This document shows positions 39,047 through 48,402 of a stretch of DNA of 64,000 bases, in pieces. The DNA lies in IMG/VR virus record IMGVR_UViG_3300026488_000011, positions 121,492-185,491 of that record, one strand, 5' to 3'. Made by a program: the position numbers and the translations under genes. Origin of the DNA: a virus. A model generated the notes under the pieces. The model saw only the letters and a list, made by a program, of their open reading frames with translations. It did not search any database and was not told the DNA's origin. Position 1 is the stretch's first letter; each line of letters opens with the position of its first letter.

Positions 39047-40150
39047 CTAAAAATGTGTTGTTACTGTATTCACATCTGTCTCATTATAGATTTCCGAGTC
39101 GATATAAACAATAGTGTAACCCATAGCATCATTTGTTGCAAAGTTGCCTTCAGAATCTCTAGGGATATACGCTTTATTACCTATCAAGACGCATTGACGT
39201 GTATCTATGAAGTTAATCTCATTCATAGAGACTACATATACATCAACATCCGCAAAAGCTTGCGTGTCATTAGTCCAATACGCCATTTTTCCTCTAGCGC
39301 CTGTTTCAGGAGATTTAAAGCCTATTATTGGATGATTTCTTTTTACCTGTTTGAAATAAACTATACCGAATGTATCGTCATCAAAATCAGCTTTTAATAC
39401 CGCTGTGGATATTTTCTCGAAATATCTCATGCATCTATTTAGTTCTACATCAAAAGGTATGGCTTCTGGTGCAGATGCTTCAGTACCTGGTTCTAACTGA
39501 ACATATTTAAAACTAACCTTTAACCCACTGCTAGGCGTTAAGGCGCTATCGCACCATTTATCAGTATTATCCCAGTTTTCTGCTTTGCCGCCTATGAATT
39601 TGCTTCTTGCCTCAGAAATAATGAAGTTTACTCTTCCTCCTTCGTCTATAGCCGATACTCCATCCTCATACTGTTTATCAACGCGCGGTATCTTTAATAC
39701 TATCTTATTATCTGTATTTGCTTTTAGATAAAATTCCTTATAGTATATGTATTCGCCGTCTACTTCCGTGCCTTTAGTAGTTAAACTTACGAAGACAGAA
39801 ATCTTTATATCTCTATTTGGATTAATTAATGCTGATAGAACAGAATCCTCTGTACTATACGGTAAAAACCATCTTTCTATTCTTTGCATTAAATTTATGT
39901 AATCAGTATCGGCAGTGTAGTCATCGTTTAACGTAATTGTTAGACCTGACTCATTAGTCACTAGTGCTGCTTTATCCGATCCATTTTTGCTATCGTATAC
40001 TATCCATCTATCAGCGGTTACTACTTTATTTTGCTGGAATTGCAGTCCTCTCTGCCAAACATTAAATCTACCGTTTATTATTCTATTCTTAAATCCCGTA
40101 AAAGACGGGATTAAGTTAGGGACTTGAGAGTTTTGAAGTGCTTTGCTCAT
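39047..40150 (-). CDS. Tail fibre protein with carbohydrate-binding-like domain
   Basis: KNRIINGRFNVWQRG...ADRW...VQLEPG....P...ELNRCMRYFEK. Confidence 0.75.
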   Translation of the reverse strand: MSKALQNSQVPNLIPSFTGFKNRIINGRFNVWQRGLQFQQNKVVTADRWIVYDSKNGSDKAALVTNESGLTITLNDDYTADTDYINLMQRIERWFLPYSTEDSVLSALINPNRDIKISVFVSLTTKGTEVDGEYIYYKEFYLKANTDNKIVLKIPRVDKQYEDGVSAIDEGGRVNFIISEARSKFIGGKAENWDNTDKWCDSALTPSSGLKVSFKYVQLEPGTEASAPEAIPFDVELNRCMRYFEKISTAVLKADFDDDTFGIVYFKQVKRNHPIIGFKSPETGARGKMAYWTNDTQAFADVDVYVVSMNEINFIDTRQCVLIGNKAYIPRDSEGNFATNDAMGYTIVYIDSEIYNETDVNTVTTHF

Positions 40151-40160
40151 TATCTTCTCC

Positions 40161-40604
40161 TTACTTTATCTTCTCTAATATATTAATTAAATCACTAACA
40201 GATTCAGCATTATTAACTTCTGATATTAATAACTCTGAATTATTCAAAGCTTCTAAAACTAATTCAGTGGTATTTAAAGCTAGATTGCTGTCAGAATAAC
40301 CATTTTCGCTCATAGTCAATAAGTTAGTAAATATATTTTTCTCTGTCTCTGTTAGGATGTTTAAGTCAGGATTCAAATCGTTTATCAATTTAGCCAACAG
40401 GGAAATCAATTTACTATTTACAGCACTTAATTTAGTGTTCCCGCCTATATTGTTTTTTATGTAATCACCTGTTCTCCAGTTTATAGTATTTAATACTAAG
40501 ATTTTGGCTCTATCTAGATCTTCTCCTAGTAGTTTTAAAGCTCGATCCTCAGTTATATTATTATAAATCGCGTTTTTATCTACCCATAAATATCTAATCA
40601 TCAT
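40161..40604 (-). CDS. Hypothetical fibre-associated protein
   Basis: 147 aa, inside the RBP cassette. Confidence 0.55.
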   Translation of the reverse strand: MMIRYLWVDKNAIYNNITEDRALKLLGEDLDRAKILVLNTINWRTGDYIKNNIGGNTKLSAVNSKLISLLAKLINDLNPDLNILTETEKNIFTNLLTMSENGYSDSNLALNTTELVLEALNNSELLISEVNNAESVSDLINILEKIK

Positions 40605-40612
40605 GCGTCCTT

Positions 40613-41383
40613 TTACCAGTCTAATTTAGCATCATTACTATTATCTATATCTATTAGAGCATTCTGATATGCTCCGTTAGAGTCTGTCTTCACACCATAA
40701 ACTTTGTATATAGTATCAGTATCAAAACCATTGCTATATCCTGATAGTCTGGCAGTAGAAAAATTGATATCAACTAAGGCTAACGTGTCTATTGCCTTAA
40801 TACCGCAATTGTTAAACACTACGTCGCCAGACGAATCATCTCTTATAGAAACTACGCAATGTGATCCTGATTCTATTCTACAGTTTTGAAACATGACTCC
40901 GGTTGCACCAAAAACATCTATAAGAGAGAAATGATTACTCTTACTATAATTAGTGTCGCCTTGCTCTCCGTAAAGAAATACATTGTAAAAATATGTAAAT
41001 ATATTGTTAGCACCAGGTGATAACGAGTACGCTAAACGGTGACCATCTGCTACCTTTGAAGCAATCTCTATCCTAGGCTGTTCACTCGCCGATAAAGCCG
41101 TGTCAGATAGAGCGGTTATGTGTAAAATAGGCGTCCTTATGATAGGATTCCAATCACCTTCTGTAGCTGTATCGACCCTGTATGTCTTACCAGGAAGAAG
41201 ATATATTACGCCATGCACGCAATGACTGTCGTTAAGAAAGTCTAGAGCATGAGGTATTGTATCTATTGGTCTATTTTCAGTACCGTCGCCGTCAGGACTA
41301 CCGTTGTCCGGATCCACTATCACTGTTTTGAATCTAGTATCAACTGTTTGAGTTGTTAAAATATCAGAAAATTTTCTATACAT
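40613..41383 (-). CDS. Tailspike-like beta-helix fragment
   Basis: VDPDNGSPDGDGTENRPIDTIPHAL...IYLLPG.TY pectin-lyase-like start; F.NC.I repeats. Confidence 0.55.
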   Translation of the reverse strand: MYRKFSDILTTQTVDTRFKTVIVDPDNGSPDGDGTENRPIDTIPHALDFLNDSHCVHGVIYLLPGKTYRVDTATEGDWNPIIRTPILHITALSDTALSASEQPRIEIASKVADGHRLAYSLSPGANNIFTYFYNVFLYGEQGDTNYSKSNHFSLIDVFGATGVMFQNCRIESGSHCVVSIRDDSSGDVVFNNCGIKAIDTLALVDINFSTARLSGYSNGFDTDTIYKVYGVKTDSNGAYQNALIDIDNSNDAKLDW

Positions 41384-41393
41384 ACATCACTCC

Positions 41394-42278
41394 TTATTGA
41401 CTAATTAGCCATTTATCTATATCTGCAAAATAAACTAATTCAAATTTACCGTATTTGATATCCAAAACAATACCATCACTGTCATTTATTTGTTTACCAT
41501 TGCCCTCTAGATGCACATTATTTACATCAAAATTCCCTGCATAATCATGGACACACAATCTTGCTCCGTCAGCAGGATTTGATGGTAGTTTTAAGTTAAC
41601 TTCACCATCAGTAGTATCTACTAGTAAATACATACCGTTCTCTAGTACAATACTATTAGCATTGTCTGGATTTACTGTAGTTGTTTTATTAACTACCAAT
41701 CTATCTATTGTATCTTTGTCATATGTGTCAGCTACACTAAAGCTACCTAGAGCCATTACATAGATTTCATCATTTTCAGCAGGAGCTTCTTTAAACTTAA
41801 TAGTAGTGAAATCATCTGCAGTAACATCGTTAGTTACATTTACCCCGTTTAAGTAAACTTGAATATTTCCTACATTATAGCCTCCATCTACAGTAAAGAC
41901 AGTAGTTTGTCCATCCCCTACAAACGTTTGAGACTTACTAATAGCATCTACATATCCTACAGCAATTTCCCAACCGTTACTAGTATACACATACATCTTA
42001 TTATCTGTAGTATTGAAATACAGGTCTCCTAATTGTAGAGCGGTACCATCTGGCTTAGTAACTGGATCTTTGTCATATGCTCCTAAATACTTTTTACCAT
42101 ATATTTCAAATAACTTAGCTACATTGGGTACGTTAACTTCTATAATATTACCTTCCTCATCCTTTACTACCCAAGAGACATCTTTAGGTGTCTCCATATC
42201 CAATAGGTCATTGAGGACCTCAGAAACATTTATCACGTTTTCAGTTATTACTTCCCATGGAAGAATAGGTGCTGCCAT
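41394..42278 (-). CDS. LPW-module fibre protein
   Basis: ILPWEVITENVINVSEVLNDLLD; GDLYFNTTDNKMYVY; FVGDGQTTVFTV; VDTTDGEVNLKLP fibre domain. Confidence 0.7.
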   Translation of the reverse strand: MAAPILPWEVITENVINVSEVLNDLLDMETPKDVSWVVKDEEGNIIEVNVPNVAKLFEIYGKKYLGAYDKDPVTKPDGTALQLGDLYFNTTDNKMYVYTSNGWEIAVGYVDAISKSQTFVGDGQTTVFTVDGGYNVGNIQVYLNGVNVTNDVTADDFTTIKFKEAPAENDEIYVMALGSFSVADTYDKDTIDRLVVNKTTTVNPDNANSIVLENGMYLLVDTTDGEVNLKLPSNPADGARLCVHDYAGNFDVNNVHLEGNGKQINDSDGIVLDIKYGKFELVYFADIDKWLISQ

Positions 42279-42304
42279 AAATTCTCCTTATAAATTATTA
42301 TCTA

Positions 42305-43093
42305 TTAATTGTTTTCAGTATCATCATTCTCTTCAGTATCATAGCAAAGGCTACTACCAATCGTACATGCAACTAATTTACTTAAAGTCTCGTTTAGTTG
42401 TTCTTCTAAGTATCTTACTCTGTCTAATAATTCAGCATTTTGTTGTAATAAAGTATCATCAGTTGTACCGCTAACAACTGAAGATGGTGAAAGTTTAGGA
42501 TCCGTAATTATTAACAATTTACCATAGTTACTTACAGAGTTAGTATCAGATATATGTCTTACTTTTAAGTAATAAGCTTTACCAGGTTTTAATATATCTG
42601 CTGGTAATCTGATTCCGGTAAGATTATGTTTATCTCTTAATCTTTCCCAAATAACGGTACCTTCACTGTCTTCAATAATCCAATCAGTAGCTAAATGATT
42701 ACCTACACCCATGAAAAGTGTAAAGTCGCTAGTCTTAATCTTGAACCCGCCTAATGGTGTGTTTACATTACTAATATCGTCTAACCATACTTTAGGCGTG
42801 ATAATTATTGTGTTATTAAAACTAAATCCATCACCGTTTTTAGTAACCACTGAAGGTCTGCTCCAATCTGTTTCTCGACCATCGCTAAAATGTAATTTAT
42901 GTCTTACATAGTAGACATCATCCTTAGTAAGAGGTAAATCTACTCTAAGACTGAGTAGATTCTCTTTATCCTCTTGATCATCTATTAATAATTCGCTAAA
43001 ATCCGGCTTTTCAGATATCTGCCAGCTAGTAGCAGTATGTTCTAAGTTATTTTGGGTAATTACCGGTGTAATATATATCGTAAATCCTGCCAT
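42305..43093 (-). CDS. Virion protein with tandem H-x-x-T-x-W (FN3-like) modules
   Basis: HTATSWQI and HLATDWII modules; paralog of 62897..63820. Confidence 0.6.
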   Translation of the reverse strand: MAGFTIYITPVITQNNLEHTATSWQISEKPDFSELLIDDQEDKENLLSLRVDLPLTKDDVYYVRHKLHFSDGRETDWSRPSVVTKNGDGFSFNNTIIITPKVWLDDISNVNTPLGGFKIKTSDFTLFMGVGNHLATDWIIEDSEGTVIWERLRDKHNLTGIRLPADILKPGKAYYLKVRHISDTNSVSNYGKLLIITDPKLSPSSVVSGTTDDTLLQQNAELLDRVRYLEEQLNETLSKLVACTIGSSLCYDTEENDDTENN

Positions 43094-43181
43094 TTCTTAT
43101 TCCTTATTGTAAATTCCTAAAATCATTCATAGAAACTTTTACCCCGGGCTAATAGATGAAATAAACAATAAAGGAGAAATA

Positions 43182-44222
43182 ATGAAGCCAGTGATATTTA
43201 CCGATATATTTGAACAAAACAGATTATTAATAAGTCTACCTAACACTACAGTAATTTATGTAAGAGATTGGACTAATGTAAAGATGATAAGTAGTCTTGA
43301 TGACAATGATAATGGTATTAGAAGATTAGGTTATTTTGGAGCTAAGTTTAATCCTAAGACTATTGAGGAGATAATATTGTTTAAAGAAATATCAGGATCT
43401 TATTTAGATATTCTTCCTGATTACGTGGAAATGTTAAGGAGACTGAAGAAACATTTTAATATTCCAAAAACGTATGTAGCGCATGACATACATCATTACC
43501 TTAACTCGATGGATGAGAAAAAGAAATACATTATTAAAATAAAAAACCAAGCTAGGGGTGTAGGAAAGCACTTTGTAACTAAAGATGAATTTAGACAAAT
43601 GCTATTTGAAACAGCATATATGGATAGCGAACAACATAGAGATCATGAGGCATTTATAAAAAAGTATAAAGTGGATACAGGTCTGACTAGATCAGAAACA
43701 GAAAAAAGAGTATTATATAAAGCTATAAAAGCATTAAGCGGAGAATGTCTAGTAATGCAAGAAGAAACGATGTTTACTCATGAGTTTAGAATTTTAATGT
43801 TCAAAAACGTAATGAAAAATAATAAGCCCTTACTAATAGTGGAAAAAAGAAAAGGATATAGACCCGGTTCTGAAGAAGAAAGAAAACACGAAGTAATAGA
43901 TTTTGATAGATTTATACTAGAGGAATTTAAGTCAGAAACATTATTAACAGACATATATGAAAAGTTAATAGAATTTAACAAAGATATGCCTCATTGTGCT
44001 GTATCACTGGATTTATGGATAAACGGAGACGAAATAACGAAAGATCACATTTATAACCCTAAGTGCTGGGGAATGTTTGAATACTCAAATGAGTTTGGCA
44101 TAGATTATCCTAGTAACATCTTATCTCAAATTACTGACCTATATAGCCTAGGTATGCTCAATTACTTAAACCTAGGTGACTGTGAAGACAGAAAATTATT
44201 AGAAGGAAAAATATATGGCTGA
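43182..44222 (+). CDS. Divergent ATP-grasp (RimK-like) ligase
   Basis: In order: IPKTY, YIIKIKNQARGVGKHFV, LVMQEE, EFRIL, SLDLW, MFEYSNEFG. Confidence 0.55.
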   Translation: MKPVIFTDIFEQNRLLISLPNTTVIYVRDWTNVKMISSLDDNDNGIRRLGYFGAKFNPKTIEEIILFKEISGSYLDILPDYVEMLRRLKKHFNIPKTYVAHDIHHYLNSMDEKKKYIIKIKNQARGVGKHFVTKDEFRQMLFETAYMDSEQHRDHEAFIKKYKVDTGLTRSETEKRVLYKAIKALSGECLVMQEETMFTHEFRILMFKNVMKNNKPLLIVEKRKGYRPGSEEERKHEVIDFDRFILEEFKSETLLTDIYEKLIEFNKDMPHCAVSLDLWINGDEITKDHIYNPKCWGMFEYSNEFGIDYPSNILSQITDLYSLGMLNYLNLGDCEDRKLLEGKIYG

Positions 44223-45879
44223 GTTAAACTTACCTATAGAAGAAGGAGATATTGTAGAACCTCGCTTCATAACACACCTCTCTAAGAAAGAAGTAGGTGA
44301 AGACGTGCATATCGTAAGAGAACTTATTACTAAAAAAGACGGAAGAAAGATAGACAACATTAGGATAATTAAAAACTATAGGAGACCATTTTGGGTAACT
44401 AAACCAATATACAGAGACCATGATGAAAAGAAAGAATCCGAAGAATTAGCTAAAGTGGATATGTTTCTATCTACTGAGTCTGATTTAGCTAAAAACATAG
44501 CTCCTAGATTAGGAGATAGATATCAGGGAATTACTGACTTAGGTAGACTGAAAGATTCTCCTTATCTATATGGTATAGACGTAGACAGCAGGACATTTCT
44601 TAAATACAGTTATATAAAGAAATATGGAGGACATGTTACTCCGTACAGAGTGGGTACATTCGATATTGAGGTAAATGTAAAAACTAATGAAATTATTGTA
44701 GCTACTTTCGCTACACCGAAAAAAGTATCTACTTATCTATTAAAAAGTTTTATTAAAGGGATTCCTAATCCTGTAGAGAGGATAAAAGATACATATGACA
44801 AACATATTCCAGAACACAGTCTAGGTAATCCTGAATTAGATATAAGAATTTTCGATAACGAAGTAGACTTACTCAAAGCCATCTTTAAAACAGCAAACGA
44901 AGCTGATGTAGATTTTATGGCTATTTGGAACCTAGATTACGATATCCCTACTATTGTAGAGAGGTTAGAACATTTTGGAGTAAAACCAGAAGATGTATTC
45001 CATTATGAAAAGATTCCTGAGAAATATAAATTCTTTAAATATAAACAAGGTAAGAAACAGAAAGTAACAGAATCCGGTAAAGTCATTCCTATTAACCCAG
45101 AAGAACAATGGCATACCGTTAAGACTACATCCAATTTCTACATAATAGATGCTATGTCAGCTCATAGATATGTGAGGGTAGGAGGCAAGAATGTACCAGG
45201 AGGATACAGTTTAGACAATATTCTAAAATACGAAGGAGTAGCTAAGAAACTAAAATTCGATACAGACGAAGGCGTGAAAGGTATCGAGTGGCATATACAC
45301 ATGGTAGAAAATAAACCCATAGAGTATGTAGTCTACAACATCTGGGACGCTATGTCTATGCTAGAGTTAGATAAGAAAACAAAAGATTTGGAACTAGCTG
45401 TGCCTATCTTATGCGATATCAGTCATTTTGATGTATTTAACTCAGGTCCTAAAAAGTTAGTAGATGGATTAGAATTCTTTTATTTAACTAGAAAACGTGA
45501 TAAAAGAGTGCTAGGTGTAAGACCTAACAAAGTGGACAGTGATAAATTACTAGGTCTAGGAGACTGGATAGTCACAATGCCTGGTTATAGAATTAGAGAG
45601 AACGGGTTGAAAGTATTAGAAGAAGCAGAACATATACATACAAATATACGTAGTTTCGTATACGATAGTGATGCTGTATCTTCATATCCGTCAGCGACTA
45701 AAGCTGCTAATGTATCCAAGGATACTACACACAGAGAAATAATAGCAATAGAAGGTATTGAAATACCTGAACTAAAGAAACAGAATATCAATATGTTATA
45801 TGGAAAAACAAATGCAGTAGAATGGTGTAGCACGATGTTAAACTTCCCTAGCCTATACGAATTAGAAGTAGCAGTATAA
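44215..45879 (+). CDS. Family-B DNA polymerase, exonuclease plus motif-A half (phiKZ gp82-like split polymerase)
   Basis: ExoI TFDIEV, ExoII WNLDYDIP, ExoIII YNIWDA, motif A DSDAVSSYPS near the C-terminus; no motif B or C. Confidence 0.85.
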   Translation: MAELNLPIEEGDIVEPRFITHLSKKEVGEDVHIVRELITKKDGRKIDNIRIIKNYRRPFWVTKPIYRDHDEKKESEELAKVDMFLSTESDLAKNIAPRLGDRYQGITDLGRLKDSPYLYGIDVDSRTFLKYSYIKKYGGHVTPYRVGTFDIEVNVKTNEIIVATFATPKKVSTYLLKSFIKGIPNPVERIKDTYDKHIPEHSLGNPELDIRIFDNEVDLLKAIFKTANEADVDFMAIWNLDYDIPTIVERLEHFGVKPEDVFHYEKIPEKYKFFKYKQGKKQKVTESGKVIPINPEEQWHTVKTTSNFYIIDAMSAHRYVRVGGKNVPGGYSLDNILKYEGVAKKLKFDTDEGVKGIEWHIHMVENKPIEYVVYNIWDAMSMLELDKKTKDLELAVPILCDISHFDVFNSGPKKLVDGLEFFYLTRKRDKRVLGVRPNKVDSDKLLGLGDWIVTMPGYRIRENGLKVLEEAEHIHTNIRSFVYDSDAVSSYPSATKAANVSKDTTHREIIAIEGIEIPELKKQNINMLYGKTNAVEWCSTMLNFPSLYELEVAV

Positions 45880-45890
45880 AGCCACATACC

Positions 45891-45920
45891 ACCATACAGG
45901 GCTATCTTGCCCTGTATGGT
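45891..45920. terminator. Hairpin between convergent genes
   Basis: ACCATACAGGGC-TATCTT-GCCCTGTATGGT; contains the stop at 45902. Confidence 0.75.
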
Positions 45921-46210
45921 TTTGGTATCATGTTGGCGTCTATAATTTCACTTAGGTCATCGAAGACACTAATCAGTTCCTCTTTAATATTATTGTCAAT
46001 AATAGATGGGTCTAATGTATCCAGTCTTAATGATAAATCACTAAGATACGTCCAAATAGACTCATCTATTATCACAGTATGCGTGTTATTCTTTATCTTA
46101 GTATATCTAAGTTTGATGTTTAATAACAATTCAGTTAGTTCTTGTTGTATGGTTTCAGTAATCTTACCAGGATCAAGGAATTCGTAATCAAAGTCCAAGT
46201 ATTCCATCAC
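45902..46210 (-). CDS. Hypothetical acidic protein
   Basis: 102-aa ORF with GGAG RBS. Confidence 0.6.
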   Translation of the reverse strand: MMEYLDFDYEFLDPGKITETIQQELTELLLNIKLRYTKIKNNTHTVIIDESIWTYLSDLSLRLDTLDPSIIDNNIKEELISVFDDLSEIIDANMIPKPYRAR

Positions 46211-46267
46211 ATTCTCCTCTTTTACCGTGCTACACGTGTATTAATCACATAATAATAAAAATATACG

Positions 46268-46295
46268 GTAATAGCTCGTTTAAACGAGCTATTAC
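46268..46295 (-). terminator. 28-bp perfect palindrome / terminator overlapping a stop codon
   Basis: GTAATAGCTCGTTT|AAACGAGCTATTAC. Confidence 0.75.
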
Positions 46296-47062
46296 TTCAG
46301 TAATTTTACCAGGCTATAGTAATCTTCATCTTTAGCTAAATTATAAACAGACACACCTACATCTTTTAATTTCTTAGGGAACCAGTACCAGAAAGCCGTA
46401 TCCTTAGATTTACTAAAATCTATTTTCTTACCGTCGTAGTACGGGTCATAAACGATTGCCATCTCTAAAGCATCATCGTTCTTAGGTCCTAGTAATACAG
46501 TCATCAATGCGCTGTTAATGAACTTAACGGCTGTAGGTAGTTTGTCAAACTTAGGATAATAATAAGATGCTGTTTTGATATTATCATCGGTAGGAAACAG
46601 CTTCTTATACTTACCGGATTTACAAAACTTATCCCAAGGCTTGACTACCTCCACTTTATCCTCATCTATTGCTTTAGGCAGTATATCTAAAATAGGATTT
46701 ACGGTATTACATAAGAACCTTACTCTGTAATTAGCCATATCTAACAATTTTAGAATATTCCAAAACTTTTTCTTTTCCTCATCAGTAATTTCAAAGTTTT
46801 TATCAGGAAACACGATTGTGACAACTTTTCCTACTTTTAATTTATCAAGATCTAGAGGTTCAGCAGGTACTGGTTCTTTTTTGAACAAATCAATTTCGTT
46901 TAATCTCTTCTTCTTTTTCCAGTTGTTATTATCTTTAGATCTCCAGCTGTTTTTGCTAGGTGTATTATCCGACTTCTTTTCAAAAGTAGTCTCTGTGTAA
47001 TCTTTCTCAAATGTTCCTTCTTTTTCTTCCTCGAAAGAAAAATCAAAATCATCCATTTTCAC
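46292..47062 (-). CDS. Degenerate DprA/SLOG-like protein (tentative)
   Basis: EVVKPWDKF...ASYYYPKFDKL....KF.....LLGPKNDD..EMAIVY resembles the phage DprA-like pattern EIYLPW...HP.W..L...LG.DL..P..FVICW. Confidence 0.4.
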   Translation of the reverse strand: MKMDDFDFSFEEEKEGTFEKDYTETTFEKKSDNTPSKNSWRSKDNNNWKKKKRLNEIDLFKKEPVPAEPLDLDKLKVGKVVTIVFPDKNFEITDEEKKKFWNILKLLDMANYRVRFLCNTVNPILDILPKAIDEDKVEVVKPWDKFCKSGKYKKLFPTDDNIKTASYYYPKFDKLPTAVKFINSALMTVLLGPKNDDALEMAIVYDPYYDGKKIDFSKSKDTAFWYWFPKKLKDVGVSVYNLAKDEDYYSLVKLLK

Positions 47063-47102
47063 TCCTTAAATTTTATCTCATAGTAGGGTAAATAGTAAAT
47101 TA

Positions 47103-47129
47103 AGATCAGCTAGAATCACTAGCTGATCT
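47103..47129 (-). terminator. Hairpin overlapping a stop codon
   Basis: AGATCAGCTAG-AATCA-CTAGCTGATCT. Confidence 0.7.
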
Positions 47130-48402
47130 CATCATAGATATCGAACTCTGTTAGTTCTACAGAACCCGACTTATGCATCTTCTTAAGGGATTCATTTAGA
47201 ATAGCCCCGGATGTCTCAGTTACTAATAACGCAATAGCATTCTCTTTACCTTTTAATTTAGAAGAAGTACAGTAAACGCAATAATGATGTTCTAAGTTGC
47301 AATACATAGGTGTTCTCAATTTTATTGTTTTACCTATCAGGTTCTTTACATTTTCCTCAGTTATTTCTACTGTTTTTCCATTATTGTCGAAGTAATATCT
47401 ATATAAGTAGTTCTTATAATTGTCTTCAGTTATGAGTGTAGGGATATAAAATTTAGTTCCACAATCTTTATCTAATATTTTTATATCGTTAGTAGCTCTT
47501 AAGGATACCTTTGCAGCTACTCCTCCTTTTTGTGTCTCAGCTCCCCTACTGTACGATGCTAATCTACTATCGTTAAACAATAACGCTAGTTTCTCTGGAT
47601 CTTTAGGATATCCTTCGTATAGAGATGTTTCTAACAGTTTAGCTTTATTACTAGGCGTAAACTCCATAGCTGTACCATACATTATAAACATTTTCTTTCT
47701 AGCACCTACTACTTTACCAGAGATAAGTTTACCATACGCAGGATCTCCCTCTAACCACTCCCTGTCGTATTCTAATAATTTCTTTTCAAGCTCTGCTACC
47801 ACTTTCTTATCTTCTAGAGCATGTGGTCCATACTTCTTCTTTAGCTCTTCGATTAACTGCTTTTTATACTCTTCAATTCCTTCGGGAGGCAGAGACGATT
47901 TCTCGGTAATTGACACCGAAAATACTCTATTAAAATTCATTATGTATAATCCTGTATCCATATACTTTTTATACTCGGATACCGTAATCTTCTTATCTGC
48001 TTCAGGATCATCGTCGTTTACTAAGTTTTTCTCTATAATAGATTCGATGTCTGAGAACTTCATCTCTTTATTCATATACGGTATCTTATTTCCAAAGCAT
48101 TCCGCTAGAAGTAGATAATTCATTATTAGTCTACCTATAGTGGTTTCAATATCTTCAGTAAGATTAGTTATCAAGCCTTTAGGAGCCTTAATTTTTTGCT
48201 TAGGAGTTAGGAAAGGTTTATTACTCTCTATGGGTATCTCAACCTCTTTATCGTTTACCTTTAAAAATAATTTGCCTTTTTCTTTTCTAATATAATTGTC
48301 CTCATGCCCGTCTACTACAATTGTAAACATATCTGTAATCCAGGTAAGGTCGTTAGGCAGACCATTATCAAATGCATATTTTAAATAATCAATTAGTTTC
48401 AT
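47119..48402 (-). CDS. Virion RNA polymerase beta-prime middle subunit (phiKZ gp80-like)
   Basis: TTIGRLIMN, SYSRGAETQKGG, DKDCGT, LRTPMYC...CVYC zinc site, ILNESLKKMH. Confidence 0.8.
   Translation of the reverse strand: MKLIDYLKYAFDNGLPNDLTWITDMFTIVVDGHEDNYIRKEKGKLFLKVNDKEVEIPIESNKPFLTPKQKIKAPKGLITNLTEDIETTIGRLIMNYLLLAECFGNKIPYMNKEMKFSDIESIIEKNLVNDDDPEADKKITVSEYKKYMDTGLYIMNFNRVFSVSITEKSSLPPEGIEEYKKQLIEELKKKYGPHALEDKKVVAELEKKLLEYDREWLEGDPAYGKLISGKVVGARKKMFIMYGTAMEFTPSNKAKLLETSLYEGYPKDPEKLALLFNDSRLASYSRGAETQKGGVAAKVSLRATNDIKILDKDCGTKFYIPTLITEDNYKNYLYRYYFDNNGKTVEITEENVKNLIGKTIKLRTPMYCNLEHHYCVYCTSSKLKGKENAIALLVTETSGAILNESLKKMHKSGSVELTEFDIYDEIS

Noticed and set aside
20329-43093. Diversity-generating retroelement or invertible shufflon acting on the fibre genes
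   Set aside because: No reverse transcriptase or recombinase in the window. No near-identical template/variable repeat pair with A-specific mismatches and no inverted crossover sites seen; paralog differences are ordinary synonymous divergence.
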